DNA from: an uncultured virus (IMG/VR IMGVR_UViG_2860823798_000002)
Taxonomy: Duplodnaviria; Heunggongvirae; Uroviricota; Caudoviricetes
Virus record (IMG/VR): IMGVR_UViG_2860823798_000002
DNA length: 64,000 nt
Direction: 5' to 3' (one strand)
Notes under the pieces: generated by a model
Told to the model about the DNA's origin: nothing
Seen by the model: the letters and a program-made list of their open reading frames with translations, nothing else
Database searches by the model: none
Translations under genes and position numbers: made by a program
Shown: positions 42,855-51,875 of the stretch, one piece after another
How the letters are laid out: each line of letters starts with the position of its first letter
How positions within the stretch are numbered: the stretch's first letter is position 1

Positions 42855-42977
42855 TAAATTCCTTCGGAAGTCCGATGATCCGATAGCATCGGCCAATCCG
42901 AAAAGAGGAGATAGAGGGGAAAAATAAGAAATGAATAAATCGGATAGGTGTTGAGGGAAAACACCCGAAGGAATTTA
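42855..42977 (-). ncRNA. candidate structured RNA (multi-way junction with pyrimidine-rich loop)
   Basis: 13-bp closing stem TAAATTCCTTCGG/CCGAAGGAATTTA and internal stems; strand inferred from operon. Confidence 0.5.
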
Positions 42978-43047
42978 CAAATAACAAAAGACGTCTTTTT
43001 AGACGTCTTCAGAAACTCTTTCTACACATGGTAGATGAGCTAAAAAT

Positions 43048-43250
43048 GGAGCAGCAGAGAACAGAGTGAAATTTTTTCGTCTAAATATGACCAAATAAAA
43101 ATATCTAACGTCCGTAAAACTGTAAAGAGCGTGAAACGTAAGCTGTTAAACGTTATCCGTTTCCCATCCTACAAAAAAATTGTAATTTTATCGGTATTGC
43201 AGTTTGGATACGCTCCAAACCAAGGCGGCTCTCTACTTCTCTGACGCTCC
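43048..43250 (-). ncRNA. candidate ~200-nt RNA downstream of DIP1984-family gene
   Basis: Ends pair (GGAGCGUCAGAGAAGUAGAG / CUCUGUUCUCUGCUGCUCC); internal hairpins; short degenerate repeats. Confidence 0.55.
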
Positions 43251-43324
43251 AAGCTGATGATTTTTACACCAGCTATGAAGGTGAAATAATTTTCACCCTC
43301 ATAGCTAAGGCAAAAGCTCAGCAT

Positions 43325-43840
43325 TTATAGATACTTATTAGCAGCCTCAAACTCAATTTCATAGTTATGATTTGCTTTTTCAATTGCATTTGATAAGCGA
43401 TTCGCCATTCTTTCAAGTTTCAATCCTTTAGATTTCATTTTCTCAGGCTCAAACATGGCTTCACGATAACTCACAACATCAGAATATGATGCTAGTCGTT
43501 CAGTTTGTTTCGAACGTCCATAGTTTTTAAGTTTATTAGCTTCACCTCTTAGTTGTTGAGCTAACTCAAGAGCTTCCGTTATAGACAACTCTTTTTCATC
43601 CCATACAACTTTAGCATATAGGTTTGCTTCGGCCATCAATACTACAAGGTCACGATAATCTTTCCTTGCCACTTCCAACTCTGTTGTGATTTTATCAATA
43701 GTTTTTGTTGGTTTAGTGTATGGTTCATCTTTGTCGTGTTCAACATAGGCAACGCTATCTCTTTCTTGCAAGAGCTCTTGAATACGTTTGGAAATAGTAT
43801 TTCTTAAAGGGAGAGCTTCAAATAGTGCGATTTTTGACAT
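43325..43840 (-). CDS. DIP1984-family (DUF6847-like) helical protein
   Basis: L.EAL.LR..I.KRIQEL...AN...LSITEAL...RL...IEKAN pattern; AAGGAG RBS. Confidence 0.75.
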   Translation of the reverse strand: MSKIALFEALPLRNTISKRIQELLQERDSVAYVEHDKDEPYTKPTKTIDKITTELEVARKDYRDLVVLMAEANLYAKVVWDEKELSITEALELAQQLRGEANKLKNYGRSKQTERLASYSDVVSYREAMFEPEKMKSKGLKLERMANRLSNAIEKANHNYEIEFEAANKYL

Positions 43841-43898
43841 TCACATCATCTCCTTTTTCGTTAAGAAAGCGGCTCGCATCTTGCAAGCCCATTTTGTA

Positions 43899-43970
43899 CA
43901 GAGGCGACAGGGATCGAGCCTGCCCACGCGGTTTTGGAGACCGCATCGCCACCGAGGAACATGCGCCCCT
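43899..43970 (-). tRNA. atypical tRNA-Trp (CCA) or tRNA-like RNA
   Basis: Acceptor AGGGGCG/CGCCTCT plus G discriminator, anticodon arm GCGGT-CTCCAAA-ACCGC, T arm GCAGG-CTCGATC-CCTGT; weak D arm, no encoded CCA end. Confidence 0.7.
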
Positions 43971-44461
43971 AGGATCGCCTGCGCACCGGATGGCTCGGAA
44001 GCACATTCCGGAAAGCCCGGCAACGCAAGCACAAATAGAATAGTTTTGAAAAGACAAGACCGAATATAATCCTTTTCAGTGAAATGGGAGCGGTGATCGA
44101 ACGCTCAAATGCCAATTCACTTATTTTACGATTATAGAAAAATCGCTAACCCGGAAAAATTTTATGCCTCATTCGAATAGTCGAAGGGCAGTATTCAGAT
44201 GAGGAAGACGCATCCGCCTCATCTAAGTGCAAGCCGAAGCTGTACACCGCAATTAATTTAAGACAAAACTATCGCCCATAATAAGACTGTGATGGGTTCA
44301 CCCTACAAAGTAGTTAGTAGCAAAGGTCTTATTGACAGTTTTCGTCCGATAATAGCCACTTGCCTGTCTCCTAGAGATACAGGCGAGCTAGCTAACCTCG
44401 ATCCCTCGCAAATGACTATTATCCGACCCACTTCAAATTGAAGTGGAGGGAAGAGGAGTAA

Positions 44462-44611
44462 TTATTCTGAAGAGATTAAACCAATACTCCTCATATACTC
44501 TTCCTCTGAGACGAAGAAAAGCTCGATCTGTTCTTTGGTAATCGTAATATTGTGCTTCTTTGCATTTTTTAATATTACTTTTTCTAAATCATCATAGTTA
44601 AACTCAACCAA
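44462..44611 (-). CDS. small hypothetical protein (49 aa, not in ORF track)
   Basis: TTG start with AAGGGAG RBS: MVEFNYDDLEKVILKNAKKH...ISSE*. Confidence 0.55.
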   Translation of the reverse strand: MVEFNYDDLEKVILKNAKKHNITITKEQIELFFVSEEEYMRSIGLISSE

Positions 44612-44631
44612 CAGAATAATTCTCCCTTTAA

Positions 44632-44907
44632 TTATTGTTTGATAGCATCTTTAAGAGCTTTAGCAGCTTTAAATGCTGGTGCTTTTGTTGCTGGGATTTC
44701 AATTTCTTCCCCTGATTGAGGGTTACGCCCCTTGCGTGCAGCACGCTCTCGCACTTCGAAACTGCCAAGACCGTGCACTTTAACTTTTTCACCATCTTTT
44801 AGAGCAGATGTGATTACATCAAATGTTGAGTCAACAACCAATTCGACATCTTTCTTTGTTAGTTCTGTAGCCTCTGCAACTGCACCAATTAGTTCTTTTT
44901 TATTCAT
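44632..44907 (-). CDS. yonN: HU-family DNA-binding protein
   Basis: MNKKELI...[26 protein letters not shown]. Confidence 0.96.
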   Translation of the reverse strand: MNKKELIGAVAEATELTKKDVELVVDSTFDVITSALKDGEKVKVHGLGSFEVRERAARKGRNPQSGEEIEIPATKAPAFKAAKALKDAIKQ

Positions 44908-45017
44908 TCTTATTTCCTCCTAACCTAAATGTAAGTTTAATTTTATGTATCCTTCCATATAATAAAAATTTATGTATGGTTCAAAAACTCTTATATATCA
45001 AGGGTTTTAGCGTTTTT

Positions 45018-45824
45018 CTAAAGCGTTACATTTCGATGTTTTCTTACTCTTGCCCTTGTTTTTTCTTTTGCTATATCGGATGCACAAGAAGGGCAGTATT
45101 TAGATTTGTTGCTTTTAAATCTAAATGGAGTTTGGCAATTGACGCATGATTTAACTTTCTTTTGACCAGTGTGCAGATCGTAATAGAGGCCGATACTGTC
45201 AAACGATCTTATTTTAATAGCCGTTTCTCCACCGGGCTCGATACCATAGATAAAACTTAATTTAATGAATCCTTTATTTCGAATTTCAACAATGTCTTTC
45301 GTGGCCAACTCTCCAATATTTTGATGCAGCTTGTTGGCAGTTAACGAAGTATGAGAAGTATCTATAAGTTCTTTGTATCTTTTGTTGTTTCCACCATAAT
45401 AGTGCTCTGTCGAATGTTCACCATGTTTTATGTAGTGAACTGTTGAATATAACTTTGCTAAGGCGAGAAGGGTAAAGCAGAGCTTTTTTTGTTGATGGTT
45501 GATATCTAAACGATCAATAAATCGAAGTTCATTCTCTGTTATATCAATTTCATCTATATTGATTAAAATATTTTCTTTTTTTCTTGCATGATTGAGCACT
45601 GAATTAATTTTTTTGTAATATAGCACCCGGCTAAAATTCTCTATGTTTTTTTCACAGAAATCATAAAGGAGTTCTTCTCGTTTTTTAGGTTTATATCCTA
45701 ATTCTTTATAATACTTGGCCAATAGCTTCAGTTCATAACTCAGGTTTTTTGAGATAAACCCGTTTTCAATTATTGCTTCTACATATTCCTTCTCTTTGAA
45801 TTTGTATTTGTCTATTGTAGACAC
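45018..45824 (-). CDS. protein with C-terminal Zn ribbon, coupled to RNAP gene
   Basis: CVNC...YCPSC then basic tail; overlaps RNAP stop. Confidence 0.75.
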   Translation of the reverse strand: MSTIDKYKFKEKEYVEAIIENGFISKNLSYELKLLAKYYKELGYKPKKREELLYDFCEKNIENFSRVLYYKKINSVLNHARKKENILINIDEIDITENELRFIDRLDINHQQKKLCFTLLALAKLYSTVHYIKHGEHSTEHYYGGNNKRYKELIDTSHTSLTANKLHQNIGELATKDIVEIRNKGFIKLSFIYGIEPGGETAIKIRSFDSIGLYYDLHTGQKKVKSCVNCQTPFRFKSNKSKYCPSCASDIAKEKTRARVRKHRNVTL

Positions 45825-48589
45825 ACCTTTCTTAATGAGTAATGTTTATTAAGGTAGTTAATATCACCTTCTTGATCAAGTACAGGGATGTTGAAACTTT
45901 TTTGTTTTGCTTTTACGTTTTCAAATATGTATTGGCCGTAGAGATGCCATAAAATCTCTTTATTTGAGCTCTTTTCATCAACATAAAATAAGCGAACAAG
46001 GTAATTAACTGCCTCGTAAACATTGGAGCAAATATCATTGAGTCTTTGTTTGAATAAATCTAGGGAATTGGAGAAATTGCTGCAGAGATCTGAATCATAT
46101 AAATTTTTATCTGCATCACTACTTGTTCCCAATGAAAATGATTGATTAATGCTTTTTTTATGTTTTTGGTATGCTTTTGCTACTTTCCTGTACCGTGATT
46201 CATCAAATTCAACTGCATCATTCATATAAATCTTGTAAATTTCATCATCGATATCCTTGTTAACAATGTTTCTAATACCAAAGTCAACGGATTCAATGTA
46301 CTTGCAGAGTCTGTTCATTACACAGTCGCTCTCAATCACAGGGTTAAACCTTTCAAATAGCTTAAGGAATTCATGTTGCTCTTTTGTCTTTCGTTTTACT
46401 TTCTTGAGCTCCTGAAGACTAGCCCCAAATTTCTGCTTGCAAGTGATATCATAGGTTTTGACATGTTTTTTGTATTTGTTTTTAGTTCCTTTGTATAAAT
46501 AAATAAAAAAGTATGGGTGTTTATCCAATAAGATTCTATTGTAAAATTCCTTAGCCGTCTTAACATTCTCCGTGTCATCTTTTTTTATCTTTTGATAATT
46601 AATCCAGCGAGAAGGGATGCCTTTAACTTCTCGTCCAATTTTGGCCTTATCAATTTGAGCACTTTGCAATTTGGTACACATTTTTACTCGATTTAATGTG
46701 GTGAGATACTCTTCAGAATCAGAATCAAGCTGAGAAAGAAGAGCGTAGCCACTCGTGCTTTTATTAGTGATTGAACCAATAATCGAGCCAAATGAAAAAA
46801 GGTCTGCATTAAATAAATCTTCCTCAGTCAAAACCTTTTTGGTTGAAGTGGGAGGGGTGTAAGCCACTGGCAACTCATTTTTATAAACCCCCTTTAATAC
46901 TGTTTTATCCGAAGTTGTTGCAATAATGTCATAGTCGAAATCACTACCAGCCCAATTCATTGTCTCAGAGCCGTGAATATTCACAATGATACCTGTGTAA
47001 TTATGTCTGTACCAATAATCCATATCTTCAGTTTGCTTTAGATTTAAAATCAAATGTTCGCTGCGATAGGTGAGGGGAGCGCGCATACTGTCAACATATT
47101 TGATTCCTTTTTGATTCCAATAATTTGAGTAGTATTCACGCTTACCTAAAAGCCCTGTTACCTCTAGCCCACAAACGTGCTGCATCATTGCATAGGGATC
47201 GCTAACAAGAGTCTGGAAGTTACCATCTAAGATTATATCCCCAAGGCATCCGCGTTGGATTTTCCTTTTCATTAAGTCATAAATTTTCTTTTTTATGTAT
47301 TTGTCGTTGATTAAGTCAGGGTTAACTATTAAAGACTTAACCCAATGATTATCAGATTTCTCCATGTAATTCGTAATTTTTTCGTCTGTGACATCAGTAC
47401 CCAGCAGAAACAAGATGGTGTAATAGATGTTGCCTGAATTGACCCCGGTTATCCAGTTAACGAATTTCTCACAGACTTTTTCAATGTCTTCATGGTTTAG
47501 ATTCAGAGTCTGCAAAAATTGATAGTTCATTTTTAAAATGTCTTTATCTTTTTTGGGGCTGTGTAGTGAAACTCCCCATTTCAAATTGTTCTTTTCACAG
47601 TTATTTTCATAAACCTCAATGGAGGGAAAGCTGTCCCAGAGTTTAAATTGGCTTTCAGTGAGGATAACATCAATGTCCCTCAAATCCACAATTTTTGGGT
47701 TCCCGTCAGAGTCTTTATAAGATGTTCTGATTCTATAATTCCCATTGTTTACTTTTTCGCAAAACTCATGAATAGGGAAGGTGTTTAGCATTCCTTTGAT
47801 GAAGTTCTGTCTGATACACCATTGTGCAGGTACATAATCTAAGCCTAATTCATCTGCCCATTTTTTCGCCATTTCATAGCTTATCAAGCCTTGGCCATCA
47901 AAACGATTAAATGATTCAACAATATCTTTAACTTCGATGATGTCATCATCTTCATAATTTGTTTCAGTCACAAAGTTTACTTTTACTTTAGTGTCGCTAT
48001 AATAATCAGGGACTAAACAAAACCGAGGAGCACTAACTACTTGAGTGGCGCTGCCAGCCAATCCCTTATAAGCATTAAACTTAGAAGGTACTAGGGCTTT
48101 CTTTAAATCTCTTCCGTTATCCAGGATTTCATTAAGTCTTTTGGATGTCTCTTCTTCGATAAATACAACAGTTGAAACCCTTGCTTGCCCCGCAGAAGAC
48201 GAGAATCGAATAAACTTTTTGTTATTTAAAGTGAGTCCATTTTTATGTAAATCTTTATAATGACTAGGATGATCCATTTTAATTGTTATGTATTCTGGAA
48301 TAAACAGAATTTCGTTAATTTCATTTTGAATACCCTTCAACTTCTTTGAAATATCCTGTGAATGATTTAGTCTTTGTAAAGTTTCCTTCTCTTTGTTGAG
48401 TGATTCAAGGTATGTGTAGTCAACTTCCTTGTTTTTTATGTCCCTAATAGATCTTAAAATTTGATTATCAAATAAAGCAATAACTTCGTTGTACTCTTGA
48501 GCTTCTTCGAAGGATAATGATATGTTATAGCCAAACTCTTTAAGTCTAGAAGAGTTGAACTTGTATGTATAAAACTGTTTATTCTCCAA
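45812..48589 (-). CDS. yonO: single-subunit two-barrel RNA polymerase (YonO/RdRP-like family)
   Basis: SSAGQAR, FDGQGLIS, IRQNFIKGML, ESQFK, RAP, AGSDFDYD, IGSITN, QIDKAK. Confidence 0.88.
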   Translation of the reverse strand: MENKQFYTYKFNSSRLKEFGYNISLSFEEAQEYNEVIALFDNQILRSIRDIKNKEVDYTYLESLNKEKETLQRLNHSQDISKKLKGIQNEINEILFIPEYITIKMDHPSHYKDLHKNGLTLNNKKFIRFSSSAGQARVSTVVFIEEETSKRLNEILDNGRDLKKALVPSKFNAYKGLAGSATQVVSAPRFCLVPDYYSDTKVKVNFVTETNYEDDDIIEVKDIVESFNRFDGQGLISYEMAKKWADELGLDYVPAQWCIRQNFIKGMLNTFPIHEFCEKVNNGNYRIRTSYKDSDGNPKIVDLRDIDVILTESQFKLWDSFPSIEVYENNCEKNNLKWGVSLHSPKKDKDILKMNYQFLQTLNLNHEDIEKVCEKFVNWITGVNSGNIYYTILFLLGTDVTDEKITNYMEKSDNHWVKSLIVNPDLINDKYIKKKIYDLMKRKIQRGCLGDIILDGNFQTLVSDPYAMMQHVCGLEVTGLLGKREYYSNYWNQKGIKYVDSMRAPLTYRSEHLILNLKQTEDMDYWYRHNYTGIIVNIHGSETMNWAGSDFDYDIIATTSDKTVLKGVYKNELPVAYTPPTSTKKVLTEEDLFNADLFSFGSIIGSITNKSTSGYALLSQLDSDSEEYLTTLNRVKMCTKLQSAQIDKAKIGREVKGIPSRWINYQKIKKDDTENVKTAKEFYNRILLDKHPYFFIYLYKGTKNKYKKHVKTYDITCKQKFGASLQELKKVKRKTKEQHEFLKLFERFNPVIESDCVMNRLCKYIESVDFGIRNIVNKDIDDEIYKIYMNDAVEFDESRYRKVAKAYQKHKKSINQSFSLGTSSDADKNLYDSDLCSNFSNSLDLFKQRLNDICSNVYEAVNYLVRLFYVDEKSSNKEILWHLYGQYIFENVKAKQKSFNIPVLDQEGDINYLNKHYSLRKVCLQ

Positions 48590-48622
48590 TAAAGCATTCT
48601 CCTCTTTTGCTTTTAATTATTA

Positions 48623-49063
48623 TTATATTTTAATATCAGTTATGTATAATGAAAGCTCATCCAGTAAAGCATGAATATCCTCGTCAGTTGCATTACAGGG
48701 ACAAGACGAAAAGGTTATGTCTTCAATCCAAGGATTCCTTTCTAAAACTGCTTTAATGTGTTTTACTTTTTCTGAAGGGGATAAGCAAACACCATCACCA
48801 AATTCATTTTCAATGACTCTTTTTAATTTGTTTAATTGGTTGCTTGAAATCCGATCATTTTTATTAAGGATTGCTTCTCTTCTAATAAACATGAATTCTT
48901 TTTCACTCAATCTTTTAATCTTGTTTCTTGTATTCCCTACAAAAGCTACTTCCCCTATAGACAAATCTCGGTTAATTTCTACTCGACTAGTGTATGTATC
49001 ACCGTCATTATTCACTTTTACGTCTTCTGTCAAGGTGTAACCTTGAGTATTATTTAGTAACAT
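48623..49063 (-). CDS. hypothetical protein
   Basis: 146 aa, AGGAGGAG RBS. Confidence 0.7.
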   Translation of the reverse strand: MLLNNTQGYTLTEDVKVNNDGDTYTSRVEINRDLSIGEVAFVGNTRNKIKRLSEKEFMFIRREAILNKNDRISSNQLNKLKRVIENEFGDGVCLSPSEKVKHIKAVLERNPWIEDITFSSCPCNATDEDIHALLDELSLYITDIKI

Positions 49064-49186
49064 GAAGCTCCTCCTGGTTTGTCTGTTTATTTTTCATTAA
49101 CATCACTCCTGTTTATGTAATCTCTTTAGACTTTAGCTTTCTGAAAATTCCCTTACATTTCATCACCCTCTTGTTAATTTGTGTTT

Positions 49187-49215
49187 ATTATATACTTTTA
49201 ATTAGTGTTTGTCTA
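49187..49215 (-). promoter_or_regulatory. sigmaA-type promoter of RNAP operon with overlapping ACWAATTAAAA-type boxes
   Basis: TAGACA-N17-TATAAT; boxes at 49196-49206 and 49172-49182. Confidence 0.6.
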
Positions 49216-49640
49216 TATATTTTGAGTTAAATTATTCATCCAACTCAATTACATCAAATAGATCTGTTAACTCGCAATTCAAAACAGAAGTCTGTTTGGG
49301 GAAGAGAAGGGAAAAGAATTGGACTATTATGTGCTTTTCCTTAGGTAAAGCAGAGAGTTAGAAGTTAGTTATAATAATGCTTGAAGGTGGTTAATTAAAC
49401 AACAAACAGATGTATCCTTAAAGTTCTGACATTATTAGGAAACAGAAAAGATGCATACAGTAATTTAAAGGGGATGGTCAGAACAGAGCGTCTTTTTTAA
49501 ACCTAAATGATGAGACAGTGTTAGAAAACATTCTAAGTTAGAAAAGGGGCGACTTCAAAATGTTTATGCTCAAAGATATTGCAACAAAAATAAGGGACTG
49601 AGAATAGTTACTACATCAGTCCCTTACAAATAACAATCTA

Positions 49641-50051
49641 TTACTTTACCATTTTGTCTAATAATTTTTCATCATACTTTGATATATCATTAATATCAAA
49701 ACCGACAAACTCTTCAAACTTATCATCACTAAAACAAAAAGAAAGGCCAAAAGCGTTAAATGTTTTATTCACTTCTTTATCAGATAATCTGAGACTATAA
49801 ACTACACTTTCATTATCTTCATTCAAAGACTTGGAATAGATTTTTTTTGTGCCCGCCAATTCTTTCAAAGCATGTGCAGAATCCCCAAATAACTCTATTC
49901 CAACAATTCTATCCTCCACGTCAACATCAAGCATGATATCCTCATTGACCTCTAATTCATCTGTAGACTCAATTTTAATTTTCCTGGAAGGGGGTAAAAC
50001 ATATATATATCCTAATTCAGCTTCTTTATCATAAGTTATGAAAGATCTCAT
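49641..50051 (-). CDS. DUF2283-like immunity/antitoxin protein
   Basis: ITYDKEAELGYIY...IMLDVD...IVGIEL. Confidence 0.8.
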   Translation of the reverse strand: MRSFITYDKEAELGYIYVLPPSRKIKIESTDELEVNEDIMLDVDVEDRIVGIELFGDSAHALKELAGTKKIYSKSLNEDNESVVYSLRLSDKEVNKTFNAFGLSFCFSDDKFEEFVGFDINDISKYDEKLLDKMVK

Positions 50052-50064
50052 TGGAACCTCCTTA

Positions 50065-50763
50065 TTATTTCCAACGTGCTTTTGGTTTTTTTGAACGGTA
50101 AGTAGTCGTTAAAGTGTTCCCTTTTTTCGCTACAGCTACGCCTTTATAATAATAAACTGTTGATTTATATTTTGGATCATAATATTTTTTCCCTTTTCTA
50201 ATGGCATCGAGCACATCACCAGGAGAAATATTTCGTTGAACCATGCGTACTACCAAATGAAATGAAGGTTTAAGTGCTTTAATTCCAAATTTTTTTAACA
50301 AAGATTTAACTTGAGAAAGTATGACCCTAGCTGCTAATCCTGCAAATTGTCCCTCAACTTCATAAGTTAATTGTTCATCATCAATATCTTGATCCATCTG
50401 ATCAAGAATCTCTTGGTCTATATCTGGATTAATAGTGTCTATATAGGCTAAAGTTTCATCATCAATTAGTATATCTGATTCTGACAAATCCTCTATCAGC
50501 TTTTCAGCTTTTTTCACTTCTTCAGTCGTTGGGTTAGTGTTTTCATTTTCTATGTAAGACACTAATTTTTTATCTTTTATTAAGTCATCAATATCAAGGT
50601 TCAGCAACTCTCTGTCAGATAGACTTGTCAGGTTTTTAGGTTGAGTTATTTCTTCTGGTGGTGTGTTACTCTCAATTGCTTGCGCAGCTGATGTTCCAAT
50701 AATACTAAAGAACATTACCAGAGCGGTTAAAAAGAAAATGAACTTTTTTGAATTTTTAAGCAT
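50065..50763 (-). CDS. secreted polymorphic toxin with C-terminal DUF4258-like RNase-type domain
   Basis: Signal peptide (AQA), acidic pro-region, SFHLVVRMVQRNIS..VLDAI..GKKYYD...LTTTY. Confidence 0.75.
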   Translation of the reverse strand: MLKNSKKFIFFLTALVMFFSIIGTSAAQAIESNTPPEEITQPKNLTSLSDRELLNLDIDDLIKDKKLVSYIENENTNPTTEEVKKAEKLIEDLSESDILIDDETLAYIDTINPDIDQEILDQMDQDIDDEQLTYEVEGQFAGLAARVILSQVKSLLKKFGIKALKPSFHLVVRMVQRNISPGDVLDAIRKGKKYYDPKYKSTVYYYKGVAVAKKGNTLTTTYRSKKPKARWK

Positions 50764-50873
50764 CTTTCTCCTCCTAATATTAAAAAATTCTAGATTATTA
50801 TACCATGGTTGGGTTATTATTCAATAGTGAATAGGGATTTTTATTCTTAATTTCATAAAAAAAGGAGAAATAA

Positions 50874-51875
50874 ATGAAAAAAGTATTAATTCTATTATTA
50901 TTTTGCTGTGTTATTTATTTGTTTTGTCCAATTTTTGAGACATATGGATTATCCGAGGAAGAATATTTAAAAAATCAATACAGAGAAGTTAAAACAATCA
51001 GAGAGAAATATAATCTAAAGGGAAAAGGAGTCTCAATTGCTCTACTTGATTCAGGCATTAGTAAAAAAAAGAACCAAATAACTATCAAAGGGGGAATATC
51101 ATTTAAAGAAACGGATAATTACGTTGATTTAAATGGGCATGGGACACATATAGCAGGGATTATTAATTCAATTGCTCCAAAGGCAGATATATATGCTGTA
51201 AAGGTTTTAGACAAAAAACTTTCAGGGAGTTATGATGATTTAATTAAAGGTATTCAATGGGCAATTGCCAATAATGTCGATATCATTTCTATGAGTTTAG
51301 GAGGTGACAAAAAGTCTGAAAGCTTACATAAAGCTATAAAAGAAGCACACCAAAAAGGGATCGTTGTGATATCATCTGTAGGGAATAATGGATACTCTGT
51401 AAATGATACAGTTACATACCCAGCTAAGTATGATGAGGTCTTAGGTGTTGGGGCTCTAGGAAAAAATAAGAAAAGATGGTTTAGGACTAGTCGAGGAAAT
51501 GGCATTGATTTTTTGGCGCCAGGAGAAGAGATATTAAGTAACTCTTTGAATGGAAAATATATAAAAAGAAGTGGAACTTCAATCTCTGCAGCATATGCGA
51601 CAGGTGTTGTTGCTCTTATGATAGAACAGAATAAGAGTTTATCAAATGATGAGATTAAAAATATTCTCTCTCAAACAGCTATACCTCTTGGAAGTAAATA
51701 TGAATATGGCCATGGAGTGTTAGATATTAATAACGCTTTAGATCAATCTAATAAAATAAGATGGTTTAAAAATTTAAAAACAGGAGGAATTGTTTTTGGA
51801 TTTTTAACTTTAGTAACTTGTTTCTTCTTTATTCGAAAAAGCCGTAACAGAAAAGTTTTATTAGAAAGAAAATGA
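50874..51875 (+). CDS. subtilisin-family (S8) serine protease with C-terminal membrane anchor
   Basis: Triad LLDSG, GHGTHIAG, SGTSIS; N-terminal signal and C-terminal TM. Confidence 0.93.
   Translation: MKKVLILLLFCCVIYLFCPIFETYGLSEEEYLKNQYREVKTIREKYNLKGKGVSIALLDSGISKKKNQITIKGGISFKETDNYVDLNGHGTHIAGIINSIAPKADIYAVKVLDKKLSGSYDDLIKGIQWAIANNVDIISMSLGGDKKSESLHKAIKEAHQKGIVVISSVGNNGYSVNDTVTYPAKYDEVLGVGALGKNKKRWFRTSRGNGIDFLAPGEEILSNSLNGKYIKRSGTSISAAYATGVVALMIEQNKSLSNDEIKNILSQTAIPLGSKYEYGHGVLDINNALDQSNKIRWFKNLKTGGIVFGFLTLVTCFFFIRKSRNRKVLLERK

Noticed and set aside
43254..43295. CTGATGA...GAAA as hammerhead ribozyme
   Set aside because: Stems I-III do not form convincingly and it is opposite to the operon direction
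43788..44069. Four overlapping ORFs in the GC-rich patch
   Set aside because: Better explained by tRNA-like and hairpin RNA; open frames result from high GC
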